From NCBI GenBank assembly GCA_036630325.1, contig CP142734.1, forward strand, positions 1,054,001 through 1,111,211: a stretch of 57,211 nucleotides of DNA, given 5' to 3'. Origin of the DNA: Vairimorpha necatrix. Its lineage: Eukaryota. Shown here piece after piece: positions 13,461 to 26,544 of the stretch. A program made the position numbers and the translations under genes. The notes beneath the pieces were generated by a model. That model did not search any database and was not told the DNA's origin. It worked only from the letters and a program-made list of their open reading frames with translations. How positions within the stretch are numbered: the first letter of the stretch is position 1; every line of letters begins with the position of its first letter.

Positions 13461-14962
13461 ATTAAAATATTTATAAAAAAATAATAATGAAATATGATTC
13501 TTCAGTGATTTTTAAAATTTAATTTTTAGGGATGATTATTCAATCAGTTTAAAATTTTTTTGTATTATTAAATTTTATATAAAATTGCTAATTACCACAT
13601 ATTCTGATTTGACACAAGCATATATAAAGATGAGAGTCCTTAACGACTTCGAAAAATTTATATTTGTCAATCGGACATGGGCAGATACTGAGCAGGAAAG
13701 AGTGTTTTAAGGTCAATAAGAGAATTTTAGAAACCATCCGGGAACAGATGAAGAGATTTTGAATGCATTTTGTAAAGGTAATAAGTAATATGATATTATA
13801 CACAATTTGATCATACTGCTTTGATTAAATAATAGAGAAAGAAAAAATATATTATATTTTAAAATGGTATATATTAATATGGTAATAAAAAATGATAGCT
13901 ATTAATCGATGCTTATAAAATCTTTAATTAATGCTAATAAAAAAAAGTTAATCAGAAAAAAGTATCTTAAACAGAATATGACTTCACTTTTATTTAAAAT
14001 TTTTTTTTTGTTGTGGTGCACTTATATTATAGAAACACTTAATGAATTTTAGTGCAAAACTTTTCGAAGTCAAATTAATTAGAAATCGAAAATTTCTTTT
14101 TTACAAATTAAATAATTTTTGTACATACAATATTTTTAAAAGCCTAGGTTCTAGTACATTCGTAATTTCCAGATATATAATTTTTAATTTTAATCAATAT
14201 TAATAGCGTATTACATATAGCTGAGTATATTATAATTAGTCATAAAGAAATTTATAGAATTATATAATATGGAAAGATGAATTGCTTTCTTAATTTTATG
14301 AATTAATTGAACATCTATACGACCAATACAGCAGTTAATCACTTGAGTTTGCTGTAAATCTAATATCTAACATGCGTATAAATTGTTTGTAGAATCATTT
14401 AATTTTATTTTTATAATGTGTAACGATATTATAAGTTAAAATTTTAATTATACGATTTTAAAAAGCAAAATGCAAATGTAAATATTAGAAGTTTTAATAT
14501 ATAAGAACGATTCTTAAATAGAAAAAATTAACAAATTGCGCTTACCATTATGTGTTTTGTAAAAAATTTAATAACAGAGATGACCATACTATTACATATA
14601 ATAAGAGGATTCAATACACTAAATACTTTTTCAAGTACCATCTTCCAAGCAGATAATACAAAGTGAATAAAAGATTTAACGATGATAATCTATACGCTTT
14701 TAATATATTTTGAAGTATTAGTAGATAATCATAGAGTTCAAGTAGTTAAGATAAGACAAATTTTTTCATCAATCATACAATATTAAAAATTACCAAATTA
14801 AACCTTACAATAGCGAACTACACTTTGTTCGATTTTAAATAAAAATTTACGAACTTTTTTATATTTATAATTTCACTGTAAATAAATTTTTTAATCTGTT
14901 CATTATTTTTGCATTTGTATTAACAAAACAAATGTTTTTTTAAACTAATTCAATAATTTAAT

Positions 14963-16028
14963 GGCTAATATCAGCATCTGTGTAAAAAAACTGGGGGGTC
15001 AAAATTTTTAAAAAATTGCCCCTTTTTTTAAAAAACGAAGGGAATGATGAGCAATGAGGAAATTGAAGATTTTTATATATCTTTAACAAATAAAAAAAAA
15101 AATCAAAATGTATTAAATGTGGTTGGGATACAGCTATTGTATCAAATGAATCTGCTTACTTGAGGTGTAAGTCTTCAAATTGCAAACACAGATTTTCAAT
15201 TTGGAAAAATTCTTTGTTTGAAAACACTAGACTAGAACATTTACTGATGTTAAAAATAGTAAATTTGTGGATATTAGGAATTAAAGTAATTCTCATATCA
15301 AAGATTTTGGGATGTAATGTACAAAATGTAAGTTACACCCTAGATAAATTATATAAATTAAAAATTTATGATAAGTATTTGAACAAGGTGAAGCTCATAG
15401 GCGGCCAAGATATAATTGTAGAAATAGATGAAAGTAAAATTGGCAAAAATAAGCATCATAGGGGAAGATTAGTTATGGGGTTTTGGTGTTTCGGTATAGT
15501 GGAACGAACCGAAGCAAAGAAGATTGTATTCGTAATTATAAAGAAAAGAGACAGGGATACATTATTTCCAATCATGTTAAAGCATGTAAATTTTGAATCC
15601 GTAATTCATTCGGATATGTGGAGGGCGTATGCAACGTTAAAAAATCATTATGCGGACCATAGGACTGTGAATCACAGTCAAACTTTTAGAGACAGAGAGA
15701 CAGGTGTGCATAAAAACACAATAGAAGGGAATTGGAGGTCTTTAAAGGCCTCTATATCTAATAGGTGTAGGACTTATGAACTAGCCGAAATATATTTAGT
15801 TCTATATATGATTAAAAGAAATGAGAGCGAAGACATCTTCAAAGCATTATTAAAATTATGTTTTTAATATATTTTATTTATTTTAAAGTTAATTTTCATG
15901 CATTTTTATATCTTAATTACATTTTTTGTTTTTTCTGAAGTTTTCTCTTCCCTTCGTTTTTTAAAAAAAGGGGCAATTTTTTAAAAATTTTGACCCCCCA
16001 GTTTTTTTACACAGATGCTGATATAGCC
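14963..16028 (+). mobile_element. Merlin (ISXO2/IS1595-like) DNA transposon, 1,066 bp
   Basis: Near-perfect ~81-bp TIRs at 14963-15044 and 15948-16028 (GG...CC ends, one 1-nt indel). Perfect 9-bp TSD taatttaat at 14954-14962 and 16029-16037. Confidence 0.95.
15044..15867 (+). CDS. ISXO2/Merlin DDE transposase (1-nt frameshift in the A11 run at 15092-15102)
   Basis: Catalytic motifs VEIDES, IHSDMWRAY and HKNTIEGNW. An N-terminal Zn ribbon CIKC...CKSSNC lies in the same frame upstream of the called ORF. The ATG at 15044 follows gggA but is out of frame by one base. Confidence 0.88.
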
Positions 16029-19000
16029 TAATTTAATAAAGCACATCTGAATTATAGAGGAAATTATTCATCTTAATGATCGTCAATACTTACAAAAGTA
16101 TGAAACGCTTATATTTCATTTTGCACAATCTTTTAACAGTATTATTTACTATATTGAGAATAAATGATCTATATGTCTCGAAAAAATAGTATTGTAACAT
16201 ATTTAAATATCTTTTGTTAATCATAAAAATTTAATTTAGCAATCATGAATACCAACTCTTATGCCAATACATATTTTACACTATAAGTAGTCTTTTATAA
16301 ATATATTCCCTAATTTATATTGTTATGTGTATAATTAATTGTCTATTGATTAATTTAAGCAGGACTTAATCGTAAGCAAAATTCAAAAGCTCATATTGTA
16401 TATCATAACACTTACTTAAAAATGCTAAAAGTCATTACAAATATGCCGAAATATATATTATTTCTTTCTTATATTCTACCATATATTTTTTGATTAATAA
16501 AATTACAAATTTGTAAAATTGTGCATATTATTATAAACAACTATACAAGATTCTTAACCAGAGTAAGTTCAGTATTTCTATAATTAATAGGTCATTAATA
16601 AATTTATCTAATTGATTACGTAAAATTCTTAGTCTTACGTTAAAATCTTTCGAAATATTAGAAAAACTTAATTGCTTGATCATTAAACACACATACAAGC
16701 AAACAAAAGGTCTTTATATATTTAAATTATATAAATATAATCCTATTTAATATTTTAATACTAATTAGATACTTTCCTATTATTAATCTATTTTTCCTAC
16801 TTATTTCTATGTGTGATCTCACGATATTATAAGGGCTCTTATTTATTGCCAAAAATAAACAAATGGAAATTTTCGTTAAAATCCTGAATTGTTTAAAAAA
16901 TATTTTAAGACTATTATAATAATTATAGATATGGAATGCATAAAAATTCCTTCATCAGTATAAAACGTATATAAAATAACCATTTATTAACCAAATTGAT
17001 AATCTTGTAGTTAAAGTATCAAAAAACATCTTGTCTATTACTTTTAAATTTTATTCTAACAATATATAATTATTTATGGTAATTCAAACTAGAAAAATAT
17101 ATTTTTGCTTGAGGAGGAAAATAGAAATAAACAAATATGAAATAAATAATTATGTCTAATCGTTTTTATATTTAAAACGAAAAAATTTCAGCTGTAAAAT
17201 ATTTTATAAAATACAAATCATTTAAAGATGTTGAATTATTTATTTTTATATGCCTATACAATATTATATGAATATTAGCATATAAATTACGTTTTATTTT
17301 CTTACATATCAACATTCTAAAATCATGGAAATTTTTCGAGCACTTTGGACTTTAATTATATACTACTGCAAATGATTTTAATTAAATATTTACTAAATAT
17401 CAATTGTGCTGTCAAAATAAATTTTTTTTTGTAAGGAAATAAAAGTTTTTTATATAATCAAATTTTAACTGCTATATAAAATCGAACACTATAAACCATA
17501 TAAATTTACATATTTCTTTTTAATTTTCACAAAGCATTGTATTTCTATTCTTATATTTAACTAGAAATAAAGGGTATAGATTAAAAAAAAAACTTTAAAA
17601 AGTAATATACATGTGTTTTATTGCAATATTAATAAAATATATAATGTATTAGACGCAGATATGAAAAAATTATTGACTTGTCACGTGAGTTGATTAATAA
17701 TTTAATCTGTATAGACTATTTTATCGCTCTAAACAAATTTGAAAACAAAATTTTTAATTGTATAAATTGTAACTCTGTACATATTGAAAGGACTGGTTGT
17801 TACAGTATCTGATGATAATGTAAATTGCCTTTAATACAACAAAACAAACACTATGTAGCTACAGTTTATTATTAAAAAGCCGTAATTTAAAAAATTTGTC
17901 AGACTCCTCTTAGAATGATAAAAATATATAGATCAAATTTTTAAAATTATGTTAACTTAATAGTTTGTTTATAATACAATGATTGTTTGAAATTATATTT
18001 ATAATATTGCACAAGGATTTCTCCAAATTTGATACTATTATGTTTCTATGTGAAATTTGATTCAGTATATAGATACAATTAAGAAGTATAGGTTTGGACG
18101 GCTATTTATATATTTGTGTAGGCTAAATTATTTAAATATCAGAGATAGCAAATATTTTATAAAATTTTTAAAATAAAAAATTGTACATAATCTTTTATGA
18201 CTCTATTACTATTTGCAGGTTATTTTTTACAGAAAAGACCTAGTATTTGTATCAAAACAGAAAAAATTATACTTAAATAAAGGTCATAACAAATCTACCA
18301 AAAAAGCCATTGTAATGCACAAGTAAATTTAATATAACACAATAATGAACTTTAAAAAAAAGATCAAATCATAAATTCATATAATCCGTAATTGCAAAAA
18401 TTGATTTTAGAGTTACTTTATGTCAAGGACATATTTTGTGTTAAAAAAATTAAGTGTTTATAAGAACGTCATATACATAGTTAAACCTCATATACTATGT
18501 TTTTGTTAACTTTATATGGATTGTTAACTCTAATTTCGACACTAACGAAAACAGCCCATGTCATAACTCGTTTATAATAATAATTAAATCATTAAAACAA
18601 AGATTTTATTGTGTTTTTGATTGAATTTAAAAAAATGCTATAATAAATTATATCAATATATGAATCGTGTTTTATTTGCTATATTTGATTTGTCATTACA
18701 TCAGAATAGCTTTGTTGTATTGTCTTAAGACTTGCTTAAGGCTTTTTTTAGTTACTTTAAAATTACACCTACCACGCTTGTACAAATGATTTTATAAATT
18801 TTTGTATTTCTAATGATATTAGAAAATTTGGTGCATCATTTATAATAATTATATTGAGGTAAAATTTTTTTATAAATATTGCATGAATATTTTTGAGTTT
18901 TTCACTACACTATATATTTTATCTATCTAAATTAGCTTAAACATGATATATTGACGCAACGCATAATTAAACAAACAACATTAGCTTTTTAACTGTATGA

Positions 19001-19215
19001 AAAAAATTTAAAACGAGAAAAGGAAAAATCAGATAATTTTTCTTATTATCGCGGTTATAAAAATACTTAAATTATATTTTCTTGTTTTAAAAATAAAATT
19101 TATATATATATTTAATATCTCTTTTAAATCGATAAGTATAGAAATACGATGTTTTTACAAACGAACTGTGCTTAGTATGGTTTTAAAACAGAAATAATTC
19201 CCTACATAATCTCCT

Positions 19216-19450
19216 GCGACGGTATAGTGACTTAGAATCCCTAAGACAGTACAAGCTTATATCTAGACGATCAAGCTAAAGAAGATGAAAGAATGCGTAT
19301 CTCTGAAATTACTAATTTGAGGAGACGAAGCTGATGTTGAAAGGACCATAGAGCGGATGCTTCCTACAAGCACAAGACGCCAACTCAAATCATATTCTTG
19401 TTTAATTAGAAGTATAAACAACACTAGCATACACAAATTAATTTTATTAT
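19216..19450. repeat. Dispersed repeat family A, copy 1 (solo-LTR-like)
   Basis: Shares acgaagc.gatgt.gaaaggac...acaa.ca..agacgc.aac...agcatac with the copies at 32.5 kb and 47.6 kb. Ends are uncertain. Confidence 0.6.
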
Positions 19451-22400
19451 GCATATTTTCTTTGTATAAAAAAAACTTTCTTACAAATTAATTTGAAATA
19501 CGTTGGGACTTTTCTAGAAAAACCTATAAGTTGTTATTTTTTTATTTTAATTAGGAAAATTTATAAAAATAATCTTCTCAATTACTTTCTTTCGTTATTT
19601 AAGAAATAAATGTATCAAAAATTAAATAAAATTTTAAAGTTGAAACTTTAGAAACACAATGAATAGATTACTACATTTCATATAAAAAAAAATTTTCGTT
19701 ATATTAATTTTTTTTAAAACAAATATTTAGAATTTCTAAGTCAAGAAATATTTTACATACAAATGGTGTTTATTATAAATTTTCAGATTTAAAACACATG
19801 TTTTACTGAACAACTTATTATTTATTTTTTTCTCAACTTAAGGTACTACTAATTCTTTTTCATTTCAATTATATATTTCATATGATAAAATATGATTATC
19901 TCATATATATATAAACACAAAGTAATAGAATAACAATGCTCATATGACTTATACCCTAAACAATGAACATTTTATACACTTCAAAGTAAAATTATAATCA
20001 AATATTTAAAATATGTATTGTCAATATAAAAAAGACAGAAAACCTAAAAAATTAATAAATTAAAATACTAATTTTATCATTGAAAATAAAAACAATAAAA
20101 TTTAAAAATAAATAATAAATATGTCGCATTATTAAATAAATATTAAAAATTGATTTTAAAAGTATAGTACATTAACTATAATAATAAATCTATATAAGCA
20201 CCAATTAGAAGACCAAGTATAATGTTGATAGTAGCCGTTTTTTTTGAATAATATAGTATGCAGTATCATATAAAGTTCTAAATATAGAGTGATTTTTGAA
20301 ATATAAACTTTAAAACATATAAGAGCACATTCACAATACGAATTGGTTTATACTTATTAGAATCGACTATTCATAATGTAAACTTGAGTACATTAGTCTG
20401 AACTATTTTAAATTTTAAAAGAAGCCTATGCAATAAAATAATATCGAGTATTGTAAAACATAACTTATATTCAGCAACAATGATAAAGAGAATTCGGACA
20501 CATCAGATAGTCGTTATAGATATTACGCTAAAAAATTAACCGAATAAAAGATTTAATATTATTTGATACTAAATCAACAAAAAATATGCATACGAGTCGA
20601 CTCGTATAAATTATACACATACTACAGTACATAAAAAAACATAAGATAAATTGTTTCAAATATCTATGGTAAATTTATTTAACTTAAATTCATATTCAGA
20701 TAAACAAATTACTAGAAGCTAGAAATTCTTTAAATCTTGCAAATCAATTTATTATATGGCAAATATATCTTCATTAAGTCATATAATACATCAATATAAA
20801 TATTCATGAATAAAAATCAAATTTTCTGATTAAAGTTAATAAAAGATATTAAAAATTATGCTGTATAATTATGATTTAAATATTCGAATTATGGTACAAT
20901 ATGTTTAAAAGTTAGGTATTACCTAATTTAATGTATTTAGATTATATTACCTTTACGAGTGGTGTAAGATTGAATTAATTTAATAACACAAATAAAAAAG
21001 AATTTATAAACAGAGAAAAAATTTATTAGTAATAAAACAATATGATATTCAAACGAAAATATATTTTTTGAATCTAAAAAATTTTTAATAATGAAAATAA
21101 ATCCTCATAGACAATAAAGCATTCAAAAGTTCTTGTATGGACAAAGAATAGATAAAGATGTTGTTATCGAATAAGTAATTTGTGATGTTTAAAGATTACA
21201 ATATATTCATTCAAATATTTGAATTCGTCAAGTTATATTGAAGTAATTAATTTTTTTTGAATAAAAAAAGGGAAGAAGTAAATTTAAAAAAATCGAAATA
21301 TTATATACAAAAGGAATTGTTAAAAAAATAAAATAGAAATTAATATAATTACAAAAAAAATATATATTAAATTATTTCTTTTGTTACTAAAACTTGTCTT
21401 AAAATTGTCGTTGAAGCTCAAAAACTACCAGCTCCATTATTGACAGTTTAATATTTTTCAAATTCACAATATTTAAAACTTTTGTATTTATCTTAAAGCA
21501 ACATGAAAAGAAAAGTATAAACTGAAAGACATTTAAATATTAAAAATTGTGGTTTATATTATCTTCATTTACGGAAAAAAAAAGTATATAAAGATTATCA
21601 AAAAAGACTTTTTATAAAAAACAAATATGAACGATCATAATAGTAATAGTATATAATAATTTTACTAGAACTTTGTAATGAAATTTTGTTTCCTCTGTAA
21701 ATTGGCTTTAAAAAGTTTATCTTTATGAGAAACCTTTTTTTTTTTGTATTTTCGTGTTTGTTGGTCCGTATGTATTTTCTTTTTTCTGATCAAAAGTCTG
21801 CAAAGTGCACAGAATTTTTTTGTTTAAAATATATATGAGTTATGTAAACAATATAAATACGATAAAAAGATTTATCTATGAAAAATAAACTAATTAAGTA
21901 AAAACAAAATGAGTACAATTGTTTTGACGTTAAAAAATATTACTTATATTGTTTTTAACCAAAATAGCAAGACCAACGATGAAAAATTTTACATCATATA
22001 TATGATAGGTAAAACATGCGTAAACTAGAAATAGCTGTTCTTGTACACATTTAAAGTTTAATTAAAAACATAAAGAAATAATAAAGTAAATGCCCCAAAT
22101 ACTATAGGAAAATCTAAAAATCATATGAGATGGAAATTGAAAATTAATAGAAAAATATATTATACATATCTAATAATAATATAGAACAAATAATGTTTAT
22201 TTTTATATTACATTTCTTGATTTTATATGTTTGCTTTATATAAAAATGCGTTTTTAAAGTCTTCTTTTTATTAATGCACATATTCGTAAATTCAAATGTA
22301 TTCATATTTAATTCAAACCCATTGTTTCGGAATTATTATGCTAAAGATGTCAAGAGGATAATCTTATTCGTCCAGAACATCTGTCATTTAAATATATGAT

Positions 22401-23329
22401 TTTAATGTTTTTTAAGATAAGACATTATGACTGCAGAATGAATTTAAAAAATAAACTTATACAATAATAATACGATAAATGAAATCATTTAAAAATACAA
22501 ATTTGTACTTTTATTGATCTAGTGATAACTAACATCGCTTATAGATATTACTATTTTTTTTTGAACTGCTAAAATTAAAAATTTTATCATTTTTTTTGTT
22601 GAGAATATATATTTAATAAATTTAACCCTTAACTTACAATTATCTTTAACATGGTGGACAATAAAAAAAATGATCGAACCCAAACTTAAACAAAAGAAAA
22701 GGTTGTAAGTTCCGCCGAGGCATGAGACGTAAAAAAAATGCAGTATATGACAGATTGGGGTGTTGGACGTCTAACAGAAGAGAAGGTGATGCCTTGCATA
22801 TGTGAAGACTTAGAGTAGCTATGGATTGCTATTTGAAACAGTTTTGATCTTGTAAGATCTGACATTAAAGTTGTCGATATTGAGTGTAGTGGTAATCACC
22901 ATTAATATTAAAGCTATCGTGGGAAGATAGCTGAACCACCAGTATTCGAAATCCAGAGAGATATAAAAAGAGAAGAAAATCAAAAAAAAAAAAAACAGTG
23001 TTATAGTTGAATAATGAAATAGATAGATAAAATCATGGTTTTAATGTTAAGAAGACATGTTAAAATTTTTTTTCATGCTTATCGAGGAAATTTATTTCAA
23101 CAGGAAAGAAAGAACTGTAAAGACCAAAACAAGAGAAGATATTAAGATGCAAAAGAATAAAGCAGCCCATGGTCTGTTAAGATAAAATTGCACTATTATT
23201 ATGAGAGCCAAGTAGTGAGCGAGCTAAAAGTACAAATATATAAAATACTTAGTTGTAAATTCAGCGCGGGATGTTTAGAATATATATTTTATAAATTAAC
23301 CCTTCACATACATTTATCTTTAACAATAA

Positions 23330-23506
23330 GCCTTAAATTATGTTATTTTTTTTGTTTAAATAATTTTCTATAAATATCACATTAACACACAACTATTTCT
23401 GAATTATTATCACTATTAATCTTTATTCGCCTTCTTGTGCATATTTTTTATCCAAAAAATGAATTAGCTACTAAAATGTAAAATACAAACCCCCTTTTAT
23501 ATATTA
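23330..23506. repeat. Diverged ~208-bp tandem unit, left copy (interrupted by the Ty3 insertion)
   Basis: gccttaaattatgttatttttt...aatatcacattaa.ac.caactatttc...cgcctt...aaaaatgaatt.g.tactaaaat recurs at 26604-26780. Confidence 0.75.
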
Positions 23507-23544
23507 TGTTAACCATTTATATATTAAGGGTTCTAAACCCTACA
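23507..23544 (-). repeat. 3' LTR (38 bp)
   Basis: Minus strand tgtagggtttagaacccttaatatataaatggttaaca. Preceded by a polypurine tract at 23545-23554. Contains the integrase TAG stop. Confidence 0.9.
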
Positions 23545-24438
23545 TCCCCCCTCCAGACGGGTAGTCTCTCCATCTTCTAAACAACTCTTCCTTATCTCTT
23601 TCAAATCATAATGCCTCTTTTTAACAATTTTACCATCCAGTAGTCTCACAATATATGAATCATTTTCACTTATAGCTACGATCCTTCCGCGACCCGTGAA
23701 TCTTCCCTTGTCTGTTTTCGCACGTGTACTCAAATTTTCTCTCCTAGCGATTCTTACCTCTTGGCCTACTGTAAATGTCTCTCTGTGTCTTCTCTTGAAC
23801 CGACCAGCATATTTTCCATTTTCATCATTTTTAATTATAACTTCAGCAGTTTGATCTCTCCACGCTTCCATCGGCGTACATTTTATTGCTGTATGTAGTG
23901 TATTATTATATTCTTTGATTGCTCTTTCTATCTTTTCAGAAATATTCCCATCATTTTGCTTTATCAATGTCTCTCTTATAGTTCTGATGCATCTCTCGAT
24001 TCTACCATTACTCCTATGAGCTTCTAAGCCCACTTTCCTATGTTTAATATCATTAATACTACACCATTCTTTAAATCTATTACTTACAAACTCTTTTCCG
24101 TTGTCTGTCACATATTCCTCTGGAAATCCATCTTCCCTTATCCACTTTTGTAATACCTCTATAACTTCAATACTCTCTTTACATCTCAAATTCGAACCCC
24201 ACAACCTTCTAGTAAAGTAATCAATACCCAGTAACACATACCTATTCTCTCCACCTATGTCCATTAAATCCAACGCCACTTTCTCCAATTTCTTTTTAGT
24301 TACTACGAAATCACATCCTCCTGTGTTTTTCCTATTGTTAATCCCACATATTTCACAATTCTTAATTACCTTATTAATATGATCTTTCATACCAGGCCAA
24401 TACCATCTTTGTTTATTGTTATTAAGTGCCTTTGACAC
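23533..24438 (-). CDS. Ty3/gypsy integrase (frameshifted from the RT-RH ORF within the HHCC finger)
   Basis: WYWPGM...CEIC, then ALDLM, TDNGKEF and NGRIER with D-35-E spacing. The HH half (HEELNH) is at the end of the upstream ORF. Confidence 0.92.
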   Translation of the reverse strand: MSKALNNNKQRWYWPGMKDHINKVIKNCEICGINNRKNTGGCDFVVTKKKLEKVALDLMDIGGENRYVLLGIDYFTRRLWGSNLRCKESIEVIEVLQKWIREDGFPEEYVTDNGKEFVSNRFKEWCSINDIKHRKVGLEAHRSNGRIERCIRTIRETLIKQNDGNISEKIERAIKEYNNTLHTAIKCTPMEAWRDQTAEVIIKNDENGKYAGRFKRRHRETFTVGQEVRIARRENLSTRAKTDKGRFTGRGRIVAISENDSYIVRLLDGKIVKKRHYDLKEIRKSCLEDGETTRLEGGCRV

Positions 24439-26203
24439 CTCTATGGTTTAACTCCTCATGTACTCTTGTTATTTCATGTTCTCTACTATCTAGGCTCAAT
24501 ATCTCTTTCACCTCACCTGTGGAAAATTCCCAATACTGTTTACCGTCCTTTTCTTTAATATGTTGTTGCTTTTTTCCCAAAATTTGTTTTTCGATCACTT
24601 CTTTTCTCTTGTTGTCCTTTTCTTTTTGTTCATCCGAAACTTCTACCTGATCATACTGCCTACTTAACGCATCTGCATCTGTCATCAACTCCCCTTTCAC
24701 ATACTCTATTGTAAAGTCAGACTCTTGTATCTGTTCTACCCATCTGTTTATTCTGTTATTATTGAAGTATGGCTTATTTCTGATCTCTGCTAATGCTTTA
24801 TGATCCGTCATCAAATGAAATTTCCTTCCTCTCAAATCACTTTCAAACTTCTTTATTCCAAAAAACACCGCCAACATCTCCTTCTCACTTATCGTATATC
24901 TTCGCTCGGTAGGAGTCAACATTTTCGATGCCCATTGTATCGGAATCCACTCACCCTCTTTATTTTCTTGTAATAGAATTGCTCCGATCCCCGTATCACA
25001 CGCATCAGTTCTTACTCTAAATAACTTCTTTCCGTCCGGAATCTTCAACTTTTTCATATCTCTCAAGCCTTGCTTCATATCCTCAAAAGCTCTTTCCATA
25101 TCCTCCGTCCAATTCCACTTAACATCTTTCTTTAAAGCCTCAGTAAGCCTTACTGTTTTATACGCATAGTTGGGAATAAAGTCTCTAAACCAACCAGTTA
25201 GTCCTAAAAATCTTCTTAACTCTCTAACATTCTCAGGTTTTCTATATTCCAATGTCTCCTGCTTTTTAATCTCATTCGGTCCCATGACCTCCCCATTAAT
25301 TGTTACTCCCAGCAACATCACCTCATCTTTTTTGTATTGTATCTTTGTTTGGTTTATTCTCAACCCACACTCTTTAAACTTTTTAATTACCCTCTCTAGT
25401 AACTCGTCATGCACTCTTACGTCTTTACCATGAATAACTATATCATCCATATATACTTCCACGCCTTTACCTCTAAATTCATCTAAAACTCTGTTCATTA
25501 CTCTCTGCATTATATGAGGCGAATTCTTAAACGACATAACCATACTATTCCATTCGTATACTCGACCATTCACTTCAAATGCCGTTTTGAGCTTATGGTG
25601 CTCCTCAATCTCAATATGATAAAACCCTTCTTTTAAGTCGATAACCGTAAATACTTTTGACCCCTGTGTGGCTCTCATAATATCCTTAATTAACGGTAGT
25701 GAGTACGGGTCCTTGTCAACCAAATCGTTTAACGCCATCAAATTGCTTACCAATCTTACGTCCCAATTTGGTTTTTCAAGTGCTCTTATTGGACTCCTCC
25801 ACTCACTTTTGGAACGTCTTATAACCCCTCTATTTTCCAACTTATTCAAGTACTCCTCAAATTTCACCCTAAGGTAGTATGGCACATTCTGCCCTATTTT
25901 CACAACCTTTTCACCTTGCTTAGTATTTATTGGACACTTCTCTCCTGTGAGATATTTTATCTTTTCTTCTGATTCTTTAAAAACTTCCAGATACTTTTCA
26001 ATTAAATTTTCTAACTTATTTACTGTTTTACATCTTTTCCCTTCATTGTTGATAATTGGTTCTTTCTGTAAAACTTGTTCCTTTTTAATTTTATATTTTT
26101 CCCTACCAGCTACACTTTCATGACATTCTCTAGCGTAATGCCCTTCTTTCTTACATATAAAACATTTTGTAGTTTCTCTGATTTCTCTTCTTTTCCTATA
26201 CAT
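24422..26203 (-). CDS. Gag zinc knuckle + reverse transcriptase + RNase H
   Basis: CFICKKEGHYAREC knuckle; RT motifs IDLKEGFYHI and YMDD; RNase H motifs TDAC, EKEMLAV and TDH. No aspartic protease motif between the knuckle and RT. Confidence 0.93.
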   Translation of the reverse strand: MYRKRREIRETTKCFICKKEGHYARECHESVAGREKYKIKKEQVLQKEPIINNEGKRCKTVNKLENLIEKYLEVFKESEEKIKYLTGEKCPINTKQGEKVVKIGQNVPYYLRVKFEEYLNKLENRGVIRRSKSEWRSPIRALEKPNWDVRLVSNLMALNDLVDKDPYSLPLIKDIMRATQGSKVFTVIDLKEGFYHIEIEEHHKLKTAFEVNGRVYEWNSMVMSFKNSPHIMQRVMNRVLDEFRGKGVEVYMDDIVIHGKDVRVHDELLERVIKKFKECGLRINQTKIQYKKDEVMLLGVTINGEVMGPNEIKKQETLEYRKPENVRELRRFLGLTGWFRDFIPNYAYKTVRLTEALKKDVKWNWTEDMERAFEDMKQGLRDMKKLKIPDGKKLFRVRTDACDTGIGAILLQENKEGEWIPIQWASKMLTPTERRYTISEKEMLAVFFGIKKFESDLRGRKFHLMTDHKALAEIRNKPYFNNNRINRWVEQIQESDFTIEYVKGELMTDADALSRQYDQVEVSDEQKEKDNKRKEVIEKQILGKKQQHIKEKDGKQYWEFSTGEVKEILSLDSREHEITRVHEELNHRGVKGT

Positions 26204-26544
26204 CCTAAGATTTTTTCTTCCCTAAACTCTTTCAACACTTTATACATAATCTCTTTAATCATTTCTTGTCTTTCTTCTGACTCTCTCTCAAATTCTGCTC
26301 CTTTTTGTAAGCCTTTATAAATTTCCTCCCAACTGCTCCTTCCGTCACAAAAATTTTCAAAAATATAATCCTGCAAGTTCGCAGATGCCAAATCCATAAC
26401 ATCTTTCCACTCAACTTTCTCAACTTTCAATATTAACTTTAGTCCCTTATCTATCCTAATTGCCTCTTTCTCTAATGTTCTAGCCTCTTGACTACGGGAC
26501 TCTCTTGTTTCCCTGTTCATCCTTGTGTTCGCCATGTTAACCAT
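26110..26544 (-). CDS. Short Gag N-terminal portion
   Basis: ORF starts inside the 5' LTR and overlaps the next ORF. An A6 run near 26212-26217 is the probable frameshift site. Confidence 0.65.
   Translation of the reverse strand: MVNMANTRMNRETRESRSQEARTLEKEAIRIDKGLKLILKVEKVEWKDVMDLASANLQDYIFENFCDGRSSWEEIYKGLQKGAEFERESEERQEMIKEIMYKVLKEFREEKILGCIGKEEKSEKLQNVLYVRKKGITLENVMKV

Noticed and set aside
22650-23230. GC-richer, coding-like stretch (similar ones at ~6700-7130 minus, 13590-13800, 40240-40490 and 45720-46200 minus)
   Set aside because: Probably old pseudogene or TE debris, but I could not assign a motif by eye; needs BLASTx.
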